Part shown: in pieces, positions 1-9,966 of the stretch
How positions within the stretch are numbered: the stretch's first letter is position 1
Layout of the letters: each line of letters starts with the position of its first letter
Source of the DNA: Escherichia phage MatMar
Sequence record: OR896829.1
DNA length: 50,761 nucleotides
Strand: one strand, 5' to 3'
Translations under genes and position numbers: made by a program
The notes under the pieces: model-generated
What the model was told of the DNA's origin: nothing
The model's database searches: none
What the model saw: the letters and a program-made list of their open reading frames with translations, nothing else

Positions 1-1569
1 ATGCTTATTTGGGAAGATTTAACAGCGGCGCAGAAACGCGCCATTAAGGAAATGAGCGAGCATTCATTCGAAAAGATGATTCGAATCTGGTTCCAGCTAC
101 TCCAGGGGCAAAAGTTTTTAGGTAACTGGCATTTCAGCTACCTGTGCAGCGAAGTAGAGAAAATCATCAAAGGCGAATCACAAAACGTGATTTTCAATAT
201 AACCCCTGGTAGTGGTAAAACCGAGATATTTTCGATCCATATGTCACCTTATGCGTCACTAAAAAGCAAGAAGGTGCGAAATCTGAATCTTTCGTTTAGT
301 GACGGACTTGTGCAGCAGAATAGCAACAGGATTAAGGAGATTATTGGATCTCCGGAATGGCAGGAACTATGGCCTGGCAAACTGGCTAAGGCCAGCGCAA
401 AAGACCTGATAGTCACTGAGAAAGGGAAAGTTAAATTGCAGGTTAATTCCCGCTCTATTGGTGGACAGGTAACTGGCTTGCGCGGCGGCTACATGGATGA
501 TGGCTTTACTGGTATGCTGGTTCTTGATGATCCAGATAAACCAGACGACCAGTTATCAAAGGTTAAGCGCGAAGCCGGACACATGCGCCTGAAAAACACC
601 GTGCGATCACGTCGAATGAAAGACACCACGCCGATTGTAATGGTTCAGCAGCGGCTACACGTCAATGATTCGACTTGGTTTATGACGAATGGCGGTATGG
701 GCGGCATCAAGTTTAAGGTCGTGAGCATTCCGGCGCTCGTTACCGAGGATTATCGGGAAACGTTGCCTGACTGGTTGAAACCTGAGTTTGACCGCGACGT
801 GTTAAGCAGCAAGCCAGTGTATATTGATGGCGTGGCGCATTACTCCTTCTGGCCTGCAAAGGAAAGCGCGGAGGAATTGCTTGCCCTGCGGAATGCAGAT
901 CCTTACACGTTCGCAAGCCAGTACCAGCAGCATCCTATCGCGCTTGGTGGAAACGTGTTTAAGGTGGAGTGGTTCCAATATTACGGCGGCGGGGATAGGG
1001 CAACCGTTCAGAAGCCAGATCGCTTTGAGTACACATTCATTACCGTTGATACCGCTCAGAAAACAGGAGAACTTAACGACTATTCTGTGATCTGCTATTG
1101 GGGGATGTATAAAAACCGCGTTTACTTCATTGATGGCGTTCGCGGAAAGTGGGAAGCGCCGGAACTGGAAACAAATTTTGTAGCGTTCGTTAATCAATGC
1201 TGGAAGCGAAACAAGGAGTGCGGAACGTTGCGCCGCATACACGTAGAAGACAAATCATCGGGAACTGGCCTGATCCAGAGTGCAGCTAAAAAGTTGCCAA
1301 TTGCCATCAATCCGGTGCAGCGCGACAAGGACAAGGTAACGCGAGCTATGGACGCAGCGCCAGTAATGAAGGCTGGACGTGTGGCATTACCTGAATCACA
1401 CCCCATGCTTGATGAGATACTTTCAGAGGTTGCGGCTTTTACGTTCGATGATAGCCATCCACATGATGATATTGTCGACACACTGGTTGATGCCGTTAAC
1501 CTTGAAATGAATATGGCAGATGATCCGGTTGCTCGCATGAAAAAACTGGCAGGTCTACGCAATAAATAG
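1..1569 (+). CDS. terminase large subunit
   Basis: 522 aa; P-loop NITPGSGKT and Walker-B-like LVLDDPD in N-terminal half; lies directly after terS-like gene (wrapping) and before portal; ATG at window position 1. Confidence 0.8.
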   Translation: MLIWEDLTAAQKRAIKEMSEHSFEKMIRIWFQLLQGQKFLGNWHFSYLCSEVEKIIKGESQNVIFNITPGSGKTEIFSIHMSPYASLKSKKVRNLNLSFSDGLVQQNSNRIKEIIGSPEWQELWPGKLAKASAKDLIVTEKGKVKLQVNSRSIGGQVTGLRGGYMDDGFTGMLVLDDPDKPDDQLSKVKREAGHMRLKNTVRSRRMKDTTPIVMVQQRLHVNDSTWFMTNGGMGGIKFKVVSIPALVTEDYRETLPDWLKPEFDRDVLSSKPVYIDGVAHYSFWPAKESAEELLALRNADPYTFASQYQQHPIALGGNVFKVEWFQYYGGGDRATVQKPDRFEYTFITVDTAQKTGELNDYSVICYWGMYKNRVYFIDGVRGKWEAPELETNFVAFVNQCWKRNKECGTLRRIHVEDKSSGTGLIQSAAKKLPIAINPVQRDKDKVTRAMDAAPVMKAGRVALPESHPMLDEILSEVAAFTFDDSHPHDDIVDTLVDAVNLEMNMADDPVARMKKLAGLRNK

Positions 1570-1595
1570 CACGAATTGCTAAAAGAAAGTATAAT
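1564..1595 (+). repeat. 22-bp AAATAGCAC element, GAATTG variant, overlapping terL stop; TATAAT at atypical 8-bp distance
   Basis: aaatagcacgaattgctaaaag then tataat at 1590-1595; read directly. Confidence 0.6.
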
Positions 1596-1596
1596 C

Positions 1597-1623
1597 AAGG
1601 CTGGATTTTTCCAGCCTTTTTTA
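1597..1623 (+). terminator. rho-independent terminator-like hairpin
   Basis: 9-bp stem aaggctgga / tccagcctt with tttt loop followed by T-run. Confidence 0.55.
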
Positions 1624-1637
1624 TTAGGAGAATAATC

Positions 1638-2921
1638 ATGAGTGAGAAAAATAAAACCATAAAGTACGACGGGTACAACGATATTTTCAAGCGAAGCCAA
1701 AACCAACGAGTCGATCAGCCATTTTACATGCAAGGACTGGAACAGCGAACGCTTGCCGACTTTTACGCCGTTGATGGCATGGCAAAAAGAATCATCGACG
1801 TTGTGCCGGAAGAGATGGTGACGCCTGGGTTTAATATTGATGGCATAGAAGATGAGGCCGCTTTCCGCTCTATTTGGGATGAGAAGCGCCTTAATGCAAA
1901 AATCATTGATGCCCTGTGCTGGTCGCGATTGTTCGGTGGCGCTGCAATTGTGGCAATAGTCAACGACGGGAGAGCGTTAAAGTCAGCCGTCCGCGAAGGC
2001 GCAATGCTTGAGGACATCCGCGTATATGACCGCTTCCAGATCCGAGTAGAAAAACGTGAAACAAATCCCCGAAACGTCCGCTACGGTGAGCCAGTGCTTT
2101 ACACCATCCAACCTGGCGATGATATGCCGGAATATCAAGTACACTACACACGAATTTGTGTTATCGACGGTGAACGTATTCCTAACGCGCAGAGACGACG
2201 TAACGATGGATGGGGCGAGTCAATTCTCAATAAGCGGCTGATTGAGGCCATCGTTGATTACAACTATTGTGAAGAACTGGCGACACAGCTACTACGCCGC
2301 AAACAACAGGCGGTATGGAAAGCACGCGGACTGGCTGACCTGTGCGACGACAACGAAGGTGAACAGGCGGCACGCTTGCGACTAGCGCAGGTTGACGATG
2401 AAAGCGGTGTAGGCCGTGCAATCGGGATTGACGCGGAAGATGAAGAATACGACGTTCTTAATTCTGACATTTCAGGCGTGGATGCCTTCCTGGAGAAGAA
2501 ACTTGATCGTATTGTTTCCCTGTCAGGTATCCATGAAATCATTCTGAAAAATAAAAACGTCGGCGGCGTGAGCGCCAGTCAAAACACCGCGCTTGAAACG
2601 TTCTACAAACTGATCGAACGAAAACGCATTGAGGACTACAAGCCAATCCTGGAATTTCTCCTGCCGTTCCTGATCACTGAAAACGAGTGGAGCATCGACT
2701 TTGCGCCGTTGAGCGTGCCGAGCGATAAGGACGAGGCTGAAATCCTTAACAAAAATATTACTTCTCTGAAAGCAGCTATCGAAGGCCAATTTATTGACGC
2801 AGACGAAGCACGCGACACATTGCGAGCTATCGCGCCGAAAGTTAAACTGAAAGACACCAACAACATCAAATTGCCGGAGCCGGAGCCAGTGGAGCCGGAG
2901 CCAGGCACTGAGGGAGAATAA
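1638..2921 (+). CDS. portal protein (putative)
   Basis: 427 aa ORF immediately after terL and before MuF-like gene; AGGAGA RBS; synteny. Confidence 0.6.
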   Translation: MSEKNKTIKYDGYNDIFKRSQNQRVDQPFYMQGLEQRTLADFYAVDGMAKRIIDVVPEEMVTPGFNIDGIEDEAAFRSIWDEKRLNAKIIDALCWSRLFGGAAIVAIVNDGRALKSAVREGAMLEDIRVYDRFQIRVEKRETNPRNVRYGEPVLYTIQPGDDMPEYQVHYTRICVIDGERIPNAQRRRNDGWGESILNKRLIEAIVDYNYCEELATQLLRRKQQAVWKARGLADLCDDNEGEQAARLRLAQVDDESGVGRAIGIDAEDEEYDVLNSDISGVDAFLEKKLDRIVSLSGIHEIILKNKNVGGVSASQNTALETFYKLIERKRIEDYKPILEFLLPFLITENEWSIDFAPLSVPSDKDEAEILNKNITSLKAAIEGQFIDADEARDTLRAIAPKVKLKDTNNIKLPEPEPVEPEPGTEGE

Positions 2922-2923
2922 TC

Positions 2924-3670
2924 ATGAAACGCGCCGTTAAACAATGGCGCTTTCCTGAAGCCAGCGAGCGGCAATTAAGCCGCTCAATTCAGGAGGCGAT
3001 CCGAGATCTGGTTGTGCTGATGCGCAGCCGGACAAAGGCAATGAAATTTGACGCAAGCGACGCAGAGATTAACGCGGCAGAGGATGAGATCAACAATCTG
3101 TCTACCGACTTAATCAGCGCCATCGTTTCAAGTCTTCCGGCTATCGCACTGGCGATCTACAAATTCAATGCGCAGCAGTTTATTAACATCGCGCGCGCTA
3201 CTGGCGGCAAAGATAACGTATCTGTCATTGTTCTGATCGCGGTCGGCGCTAACGCACAAGAGGAATGGTATAGGACGTTATACGGTCAATGGATCGGACT
3301 TACTGAATCATCCCTGAGAAAGCTGTTTACTAACATCGTTTCTGACTGGTCAACAAATATACGCAGCGCCAACTTTCGAGGAAGCAGTGACAAACAGGTT
3401 AATGAACTGGCTGAGAAACGATTCGCCGTCTATAGTTCATGGGGAAAGACCAGGGCGGAAAATATGGTTGGCGCATGGAACAGTCGTCTAATGCGCCAGC
3501 GCCTTTATGATGCCGGAGTGTCTGCCTATTACTGGCACGGGATGTTAGACGAGCGCGAGCGATTGAAACACGTCCAGTTGGAAGGTAAACTGATTCGGCT
3601 GAGTGAAAACCATGTTTTCCCTGGCGAGGAATTTGGTTGTCGTTGTTGGGCTATTCCAAAATGGGATTAA
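2924..3670 (+). CDS. head morphogenesis protein, Mu F / SPP1 gp7-like
   Basis: 248 aa; C-terminal signature ...HVFPGEEFGCRCWAIP typical of MuF-like minor head proteins; position after portal. Confidence 0.75.
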   Translation: MKRAVKQWRFPEASERQLSRSIQEAIRDLVVLMRSRTKAMKFDASDAEINAAEDEINNLSTDLISAIVSSLPAIALAIYKFNAQQFINIARATGGKDNVSVIVLIAVGANAQEEWYRTLYGQWIGLTESSLRKLFTNIVSDWSTNIRSANFRGSSDKQVNELAEKRFAVYSSWGKTRAENMVGAWNSRLMRQRLYDAGVSAYYWHGMLDERERLKHVQLEGKLIRLSENHVFPGEEFGCRCWAIPKWD

Positions 3671-3684
3671 CAGGAGACTAATTA

Positions 3685-4797
3685 ATGAAGGCAAAACAAA
3701 GGTTTGATAGTGTGCGCGTCAAAGCGCACTTTGACGATAACGGATTTTTAGTGGATCGCCCAATTGTGGCGCGTATCGGTTTGCAGGAGTACCAAACTCC
3801 TTTCGGCGTTCGACGTGAATTTCGCCCAGCGTCAGAGGTATTCAAGGCCGACTCCCTGGAGACGTTCGCAGGCAAGCCGATCACTATCGGGCATGTTACC
3901 GTCACGCCTGAGAACGCGGAAAAAGTGGTTGTTGGTTCCTGTGCTGGCGCTGGCGTTCCAAACGGGATCGGGGTAGAAGTGCCGTTAAGCATTTACTCTA
4001 AACGCGCGATTGACAGCGCGAAGAAGCGCGCCACTGCGGAAATCTCTGTGGGTTACACTTCCGTTGATATTGATAAGCCAGGCTGGGGAAATAATCAAAC
4101 AGGAGAATATATCTTTGAAGAAGATATGAAAGAAGATTGGAAACCGGATTCTCCTGATTGGGTTAAGTTCGATGCCATTCAGACGAACATCAGAGTTAAT
4201 CATATCGCGCTAGTTTTCCGTGGTCGTGCCGGAGTCGCTAAACTAAACCTTGATAGTGAGCAAGATTTTCCGTATAGTGACGAGGATATTTCAAACAAAG
4301 AGGATGAAAAAATGAACGTTAAAATTAAACTTGATGGAGCTGTAGAATTTGATGTGCCGAAAGAAGTTGCTGCGCACATTGACAACCTGAAAGCTGATGC
4401 CAAAGCTGAGAAAGACAAGGCTGCATCACTTGAGGCAGAGCGCGACGCATTGCAGGCTAAGGTTGATGGCATTCCGGCTAAGATTGAAGAAGCTGTGAAG
4501 CAGGCCAAAGCTGACGCAGAAGCGCACGCCGCGCTTGTTGCTGACGCTACAGAGATTGGCATCAAGTGCGACGGCCTGGACGCAAAAGCAATCAAAGTTG
4601 CTTACATCAAAGAGGTTACTGGTGCGGACGTATCAGACAAGGCTGACGCTTACATCGAAACCGCTTTCGATATTGCGAAGACTTCTGATAAAATGGCAGC
4701 GCAGAGACAAGCAGTTAAGGGTGACTCTTTCTGTTCCAATAAGGAAGACGAAGACAAGCCTCTTAATCCAAACGCTCGCTTTGCTAAACTGAAATAA
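3685..4797 (+). CDS. putative capsid scaffolding protein
   Basis: 370 aa; C-terminal half Ala/Lys/Glu-rich coiled-coil-like (KADAKAEKDKAASLEAERDALQAK...); lies between MuF-like and capsid genes. Confidence 0.4.
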   Translation: MKAKQRFDSVRVKAHFDDNGFLVDRPIVARIGLQEYQTPFGVRREFRPASEVFKADSLETFAGKPITIGHVTVTPENAEKVVVGSCAGAGVPNGIGVEVPLSIYSKRAIDSAKKRATAEISVGYTSVDIDKPGWGNNQTGEYIFEEDMKEDWKPDSPDWVKFDAIQTNIRVNHIALVFRGRAGVAKLNLDSEQDFPYSDEDISNKEDEKMNVKIKLDGAVEFDVPKEVAAHIDNLKADAKAEKDKAASLEAERDALQAKVDGIPAKIEEAVKQAKADAEAHAALVADATEIGIKCDGLDAKAIKVAYIKEVTGADVSDKADAYIETAFDIAKTSDKMAAQRQAVKGDSFCSNKEDEDKPLNPNARFAKLK

Positions 4798-4813
4798 TCA
4801 AAGGAGAAATAAA

Positions 4814-5323
4814 ATGGCTAAAATTGGAGCAAGTTACTTTGACGTAATGGCGCGCGCACTTCCTGGTCAGGTGTCTGACACTTCCGCTTATAACATCGAC
4901 GGCGCTTGCGTTCTTGACAAGGAAGACGGCATCCCAATCCTCGTTGGCGTGGCTGTTAAGCTAAAAGGCGTTGACTCAATGGGTAATAAGCTGATCGACG
5001 CTATTTCTGGTGGTGGTGATGTTCCTTATGGCGTTGGCATCCGCTCGCACTTTCAAACCACGGCTGATAATGGGCGAATGGTTTATGAGGCTGGCGGCGG
5101 AATCAACGTTATGACCGAGGGCAGAGTCTGGATGGTTGGCGATGATTCTGATAAATCAAAAACTCCACAATATCGCGAGCCTGTGAAAATTGATGAAAAC
5201 ACTGGCAAGGTGAAAAGTGCTGGTGCCATCAATACGAACTGGATCTACACTGGAGATAAAACCACTTTTGGTACTGGTAGCGATTTGTTGACTTTGTTTG
5301 AAGTTCAAGTCTTCCCAAGCTAA
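4814..5323 (+). CDS. putative head decoration / structural protein (paralog 1)
   Basis: 169 aa; shares motifs (AYNIDGxxV, INVMTEGRVW vs INILTRGVVW) with the next ORF; lambda gpD-like position. Confidence 0.35.
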   Translation: MAKIGASYFDVMARALPGQVSDTSAYNIDGACVLDKEDGIPILVGVAVKLKGVDSMGNKLIDAISGGGDVPYGVGIRSHFQTTADNGRMVYEAGGGINVMTEGRVWMVGDDSDKSKTPQYREPVKIDENTGKVKSAGAINTNWIYTGDKTTFGTGSDLLTLFEVQVFPS

Positions 5324-5329
5324 AATTAA

Positions 5330-5360
5330 GGCGCTCGCTTGAGCGCCTTTTTTTATTATG
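5330..5360 (+). terminator. terminator-like hairpin
   Basis: aaggcgctc gctt gagcgcctt followed by T-run. Confidence 0.5.
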
Positions 5361-5374
5361 TAAGGAGAAATGAG

Positions 5375-6157
5375 ATGGCTAAAGATTACTCATCTGTTAT
5401 GGGGCTTTCCTGTCCTGGATGCCTGGTTGATTCTACTCGCTACAACATTGATGGCACTGGAGTTTGCGGTTCTGAATCCATCATTGCTGGAAAGGTTGTT
5501 TTCTTTAAAGAAAGAGTTGAAGGTTACAACATATTTGTTGATCACAAAGAGGGTGATGCTGTGGTTGCTGGTGTTGCCATAAGGAGCAATATCACGACAA
5601 CGGTTAACGAGGAAGACGGATACTCTGACTATAAGGAAGGAGATTCTATCAACATTTTAACAAGAGGGGTTGTATGGTGCTTAACTCAAACGATTGAGTC
5701 TGCGCCTGAACATGGCGATCTTGTTTATGTTAACAATGATGGCTTTGTAGCAAGTAGTGATGGGGATGAAATCGTCGATGGTTGGATTTTTACTGGTGAC
5801 TTTTACAAGTTTGATGAAACAATGAACATAGTCGGAGTCAGAATAACGCCGCTTCATCATAGAAAATACCTTCTTACTGGTGCGATCATTGAGGCCGAAA
5901 ATGGTTATGTAGAGGGAACAGAAACAATTGACAACGTTCAGCTAAAAGTAACCGTTGTTCCAACATGGGCTGACGACAAAACGGGGCAGTGGACGATTAC
6001 AAACGAGCAAGATCCAAAGGTTGCAAGCGTTAGTCGCACTGGTCTTGTAGTTCCTACTGGAGTAGGTGGTCATGTTAATGTTAACTGGACTGCAAACGAC
6101 GGTTCTGGAGTTGCTGATCAGTTTGACATAGTGTTCAGGAAAACAGTAGGCACTTAA
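5375..6157 (+). CDS. putative head decoration / structural protein (paralog 2, Ig-like C-terminus)
   Basis: 260 aa from ATG 5375 with AGGAGA RBS (ORF track starts at TTG 5339); N-terminal region paralogous to 4814..5323; C-terminal segment resembles bacterial Ig-like fold. Confidence 0.35.
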   Translation: MAKDYSSVMGLSCPGCLVDSTRYNIDGTGVCGSESIIAGKVVFFKERVEGYNIFVDHKEGDAVVAGVAIRSNITTTVNEEDGYSDYKEGDSINILTRGVVWCLTQTIESAPEHGDLVYVNNDGFVASSDGDEIVDGWIFTGDFYKFDETMNIVGVRITPLHHRKYLLTGAIIEAENGYVEGTETIDNVQLKVTVVPTWADDKTGQWTITNEQDPKVASVSRTGLVVPTGVGGHVNVNWTANDGSGVADQFDIVFRKTVGT

Positions 6158-6183
6158 TGAATACCACAAAATAGATTTGCACC

Positions 6184-6203
6184 TTTAACAAAAAGTGCTA
6201 TCA
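6184..6203 (-). repeat. 22-bp AAATAGCAC element, leftward orientation inside rightward late region
   Basis: + strand reads tttaacaaaaagtgctat; no good -10 on the - strand (TATTCA). Confidence 0.6.
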
Positions 6204-6205
6204 TG

Positions 6206-6235
6206 AGGCTGTTACTTGTTAACAGCCTTTTTTAT
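6206..6235 (+). terminator. terminator-like hairpin upstream of capsid gene
   Basis: ggctgtta cttgt taacagcc followed by ttttttat. Confidence 0.5.
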
Positions 6236-6247
6236 AGGAGAAAAATC

Positions 6248-7222
6248 ATGACAAAGAAAAAATATGATGAGCTAGACGCTTCCATTGTGTCTAATCACCT
6301 GCAATTGCAAGGTATCAAGGGTGACGCTTCCGACATGGGTATTTGGACTGCGCAGGAGTTACACAAAATCCGATCCACTGCTTACGAAAAAGAGTACCCA
6401 GCGGGTTCTGCGCTTCGCGTCTTCCCTGTCACCAATGAACTGAGCGACACCGACAAAACTTTCGAGTATCAGACTTTTGATAAAGTTGGTTACGCGAAAA
6501 TTATTGCAGACTACACCGACGACCTGCCGACCGTTGACGCTCTTATGACTTCTGAGTTTGGCAAAGTGTTCCGCATGGGTAACGCTTTCCTGATCTCAAT
6601 TGACGAAATCAAAGCAGGTCAGCGAACTGGCAAAAGCCTTTCTACTCGCAAGGCTAACGCAGCGCAGAATGCACATGATCAGCTTATTAACTTCCTGGTT
6701 TTCAAAGGTTCCAAGCCTCATAAGATCGTTTCCGTTTTCGATCATCCAAACCTGACTAAAATCACGTCAAAAGGATGGCTGAGTAACGACGGAAACACCA
6801 AGTTTCCAGAAGTTGCAAGCGATGAACTGGAGACTGCAATCGAAACGATCGAGGAAGTAACCAAAGGTCAGCATCGCGCGACCAACATCCTGATTCCGCC
6901 GTCTATGCGTAAAGTCCTTACGGTTCGAATGGAAAATACCACTGAAAGCTATTTGGAATACTTCCAGAAGCAAAACGACGGTATCACCATCGACTCCATT
7001 GCAGAGCTTGAGGATATTGACGGCAAAGGCACTAAAGGCTGCCTGGTTTACGAAAAAGATCCAATGAACATGAGTATTGAGATCCCGGAGGCATTCAATA
7101 TGCTGCCTGCACAGCCGAAAGATCTGCATTTTAAAGTTCCTTGTACTTCAAAGTGCACTGGCCTTACAATTTACCGTCCGTTTACGATGGTTCTAATTAC
7201 TGGCTTGAAAAAGGCTGTGTAA
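6248..7222 (+). CDS. major capsid protein (putative)
   Basis: 324 aa from ATG 6248 with AGGAG RBS; lambda gpE-like position after decoration-like genes; flanked by terminators. Confidence 0.6.
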   Translation: MTKKKYDELDASIVSNHLQLQGIKGDASDMGIWTAQELHKIRSTAYEKEYPAGSALRVFPVTNELSDTDKTFEYQTFDKVGYAKIIADYTDDLPTVDALMTSEFGKVFRMGNAFLISIDEIKAGQRTGKSLSTRKANAAQNAHDQLINFLVFKGSKPHKIVSVFDHPNLTKITSKGWLSNDGNTKFPEVASDELETAIETIEEVTKGQHRATNILIPPSMRKVLTVRMENTTESYLEYFQKQNDGITIDSIAELEDIDGKGTKGCLVYEKDPMNMSIEIPEAFNMLPAQPKDLHFKVPCTSKCTGLTIYRPFTMVLITGLKKAV

Positions 7223-7235
7223 TTAGATAACATGG

Positions 7236-7262
7236 GGAGCCTTAAGGGTTCCCCTTTTTATT
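7236..7262 (+). terminator. terminator-like hairpin after capsid gene
   Basis: ggggagcc ttaa gggttcccc followed by T-run. Confidence 0.5.
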
Positions 7263-7277
7263 TATGGAGTGCGCAAA

Positions 7278-7544
7278 ATGAGCAAAAATTTAAAACTTAA
7301 AGTAACTGGCGTTTGCATGATTATTATGGATGGTAAGCGTTATCATCCTGGTGATGAAATTGAAATTGAATCTGATCGCATTAATGATTCCGCAATTGAA
7401 TACCTGATCGCTCGCGGAGATGTGGAAGTTAAAGACAATTCAGAAATTAACGAGCAAATCAAGGAGAAAGCGGATAAGAAGCGCAAAAAAGATCCTACCG
7501 AGGGTAAGAGCCGCAAAGAGCTAGAGGATGGCGGCGAATATTAA
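7278..7544 (+). CDS. hypothetical protein, Lys-rich C-terminus
   Basis: 88 aa from ATG 7278 with GGAG RBS. Confidence 0.4.
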   Translation: MSKNLKLKVTGVCMIIMDGKRYHPGDEIEIESDRINDSAIEYLIARGDVEVKDNSEINEQIKEKADKKRKKDPTEGKSRKELEDGGEY

Positions 7545-7590
7545 TAATTGGGGCGCTTATGCGCCCCTTGTCACATCTGGAGAAAACAAA

Positions 7591-8010
7591 ATGGTAGATG
7601 AATTTTACACAGACGCTGAAATCATGCAGCAAATCGTGAAGTTAGCGCCGCCAATGCAACAAGTTGATCCCGATTTAATTGTGGCATGGATTGAGCTTGC
7701 TAAAGAGTTTGTTTGCAAAAAGCGGTTTAAAAACTCATACCCTAAAGCGGTTGCGCTTTACACCTTGCACCTTATGACGTTGGACGGAGCTATGAAACAG
7801 GAAGGTGAGAGCGTGGAGAGTTACTCACGCCGTATTGCGTCGTTTTCCCTGACTGGAGAATTTAGTCAGACGTTTGACCGCGTGACCAATGACGCAAGCG
7901 GAAAGATGATCCGCCAGACACCGTGGGGAAAAATGTACGAGGCGCTAAACCGTAAGCATGGTGGCGGATTTGGCCTGGTAACTGGATTGCGCCGGAGGTG
8001 TTGCCGATGA
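7591..8010 (+). CDS. putative head-tail connector protein
   Basis: 139 aa from ATG 7591 with GGAG RBS; synteny between capsid and tail genes. Confidence 0.4.
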   Translation: MVDEFYTDAEIMQQIVKLAPPMQQVDPDLIVAWIELAKEFVCKKRFKNSYPKAVALYTLHLMTLDGAMKQEGESVESYSRRIASFSLTGEFSQTFDRVTNDASGKMIRQTPWGKMYEALNRKHGGGFGLVTGLRRRCCR

Positions 8011-8378
8011 ACTACAATGAGATCGCACGATTGGCTACGGCTGGAATTAACTTTTTCAGCGATGGCGCTGGTGAGTTTAAGTGTATCACGCAACAGGGTA
8101 GCGTAGATATTGTGGGAGGCGAGGAGGTAGAGAAGCCGGAAGTAAGCGTAATGATTAAAGGTCTGATCCGGTCGCCTCGAACGCGTGAGGTGGACGGCGA
8201 AACAATCCGCGTAACCGACAAGCTGGGAGTTTTCACTAATTCCGTAGAAATTAAGAACGGGTATCACATTGATGTTGATGGTGAGCGTTATATAGTAGTT
8301 GAAGCGCGACCAGTCAGACAGACAAACATCACGGTCGCCTACAGGCCAATACTTAGGAGGGTTGCGGTACATGGCTAA
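8007..8378 (+). CDS. putative head closure / head-tail adaptor protein
   Basis: ATGA overlap with upstream gene; synteny. Confidence 0.35.
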   Translation: MNYNEIARLATAGINFFSDGAGEFKCITQQGSVDIVGGEEVEKPEVSVMIKGLIRSPRTREVDGETIRVTDKLGVFTNSVEIKNGYHIDVDGERYIVVEARPVRQTNITVAYRPILRRVAVHG

Positions 8379-8811
8379 CTACAAGATCAAGGAATTTCAC
8401 GGCGACATTGACCGCTGGATTAACGCCGTAAATGATGGTCTTGAGGATTGCATAGAATTGTTCGCCGTTAAGGTACACACAGATCTGGTAAGACGCTCGC
8501 CAGTTGATACGGGGCGCTATCGGGGAAACTGGCAGGTGACAGCAAATTCCCCGCCACTGTACGCACTGAATCAATATGATAAGCACGGAGATAAGACTAT
8601 TGCGGAAGGCAAGCGGGCAATCTTTGCCATCATGCGTGGCGGCGGCGCGGTAAGGTCGATTTATTTTTCCAATATGTTGATTTATGCTAACGCCCTAGAG
8701 TACGGGCATTCAAAGCAAGCGCCAGCGGGTGTGCTGGGAATTGTTGCAGCGAAGTTAAGAACGTATATAGCAGAAGCAATCAAAGAGTCGAGGAAAAAAA
8801 ATGGACTATGA
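8371..8811 (+). CDS. putative neck / tail completion protein
   Basis: 146 aa from ATG 8371 with GGAGGG RBS; synteny. Confidence 0.35.
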   Translation: MANYKIKEFHGDIDRWINAVNDGLEDCIELFAVKVHTDLVRRSPVDTGRYRGNWQVTANSPPLYALNQYDKHGDKTIAEGKRAIFAIMRGGGAVRSIYFSNMLIYANALEYGHSKQAPAGVLGIVAAKLRTYIAEAIKESRKKNGL

Positions 8812-9199
8812 ATTGATGTTGGCAGCGCGCAAGGCGCTTGCTGGTGAATTTGAAAGCAGATTTAAAATCGCTTATGAAAACGTCGAGTTTGTACCGCCTG
8901 CCGATGGTTCTATGTGGTTGCGGTTCGATTATACAGAAGTTGACAAGGAGTTTTTCTCAATTGACCGTAGATGTGTTTCTTATATTGGGATGGTTCAGAT
9001 TGGCGTTATTATTCCTCCAGGCGCTGGATCTGACAAAGGTAGAAAACTTGCTAAAGAGATTGCCAGTTTTTTCTATGATGGTAAAATCTTAGAAACTGGC
9101 TATATTAGCGAAGGGGCGAAAGTCCATAAGCTACAAAAAAGTGAAACTGGTTGGTTGATTCCGATCAGGTTCTATGTTCGAATTGAAACAAAGGAGTAA
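8801..9199 (+). CDS. putative tail terminator protein
   Basis: 132 aa directly upstream of major tail protein gene (lambda gpU-like position). Confidence 0.35.
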   Translation: MDYELMLAARKALAGEFESRFKIAYENVEFVPPADGSMWLRFDYTEVDKEFFSIDRRCVSYIGMVQIGVIIPPGAGSDKGRKLAKEIASFFYDGKILETGYISEGAKVHKLQKSETGWLIPIRFYVRIETKE

Positions 9200-9205
9200 T
9201 TTACT

Positions 9206-9868
9206 ATGCACCTTCCTAACGGTTCTCAAATTTTTATTGAAAGCAATCGAGCTACTGATGTGCAAGCAACGGCTATTTCTAACGCAGCAGATCCTGTATT
9301 TACAGTTGCATCAGGCGGCACTGAGTTTAAGAAAGGTGATTATGTAATTATCACTACTTCCTCATGGGGTAAGATGGTTGATCGCGTTCTTCGCGTCAAG
9401 CAGAATGGCGAAGAAACTAGCGTAACGCTTGAGGGTATTGATACTACAGATCAGAATATCTTCCCTTCCGGTGGTACTGCATCGTTTGCGAAAATCAATT
9501 CATGGGTTGAAATTCCATGCGTTCAGGATCTGTCACAGGACGGCGGCGAACAGCAATATTACACTTATCAGTGTTTATCTGACGACCAGGAGCAGCAGCT
9601 ACCAACATATAAAAGCGCGGTATCTCTTACCTACACTTTCGCGCATGAGTTCGATAATCCAATTTATCCATTGCTTCGAAAAGCTGATGAAGGAGGTGAG
9701 GTTACGGCGTTGCGAATGTTCGTTCCAAAGGCGAAAGAAATGCGTTGCTGGGCTGGTGTTCTTTCGTTTAACGAGATCCCGCAGACGACCGTCAACGAAA
9801 TGGAAACCGTTTCCCTTTCCGTTTCTCTGAAAGGTCGATTCACCTTCCTTCCTTCCGATGTTCAGTAA
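9206..9868 (+). CDS. major tail (tube) protein, putative
   Basis: 220 aa; AAGGAG RBS; followed by terminator and chaperone genes as in lambda V-G-T-H order. Confidence 0.5.
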   Translation: MHLPNGSQIFIESNRATDVQATAISNAADPVFTVASGGTEFKKGDYVIITTSSWGKMVDRVLRVKQNGEETSVTLEGIDTTDQNIFPSGGTASFAKINSWVEIPCVQDLSQDGGEQQYYTYQCLSDDQEQQLPTYKSAVSLTYTFAHEFDNPIYPLLRKADEGGEVTALRMFVPKAKEMRCWAGVLSFNEIPQTTVNEMETVSLSVSLKGRFTFLPSDVQ

Positions 9869-9870
9869 TT

Positions 9871-9897
9871 ACAAGGGGCATTGCGCCCCTTTTTTCG
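9871..9897 (+). terminator. rho-independent terminator-like hairpin
   Basis: aggggcattgcgcccct followed by tttttt. Confidence 0.55.
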
Positions 9898-9932
9898 TTC
9901 CTGTAGAATCTATCAAACAAGTCATTCAGACT

Positions 9933-9953
9933 TTTAACAAAAAATGCTATTTA
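9933..9953 (-). repeat. 22-bp element variant (ATAGCAT), leftward orientation, abutting RBS of chaperone gene
   Basis: + strand reads ttttaacaaaaaatgctattt immediately before AAGGAG and ATG 9967. Confidence 0.55.
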
Positions 9954-9966
9954 AGGAGAAATCAAA

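Noticed and set aside
802-1733. Antisense ORFs inside terL (802..1242 -, 1194..1733 -) and similar nested ORFs elsewhere, e.g. 10847..11395 -, 16388..16756 -, 17429..17890 -, 25979..26317 -, 26110..26415 +, 36030..36329 +
   Set aside because: They lie wholly inside well-supported genes on the other strand or in another frame, lack RBS, and have low-complexity translations typical of shadow ORFs.
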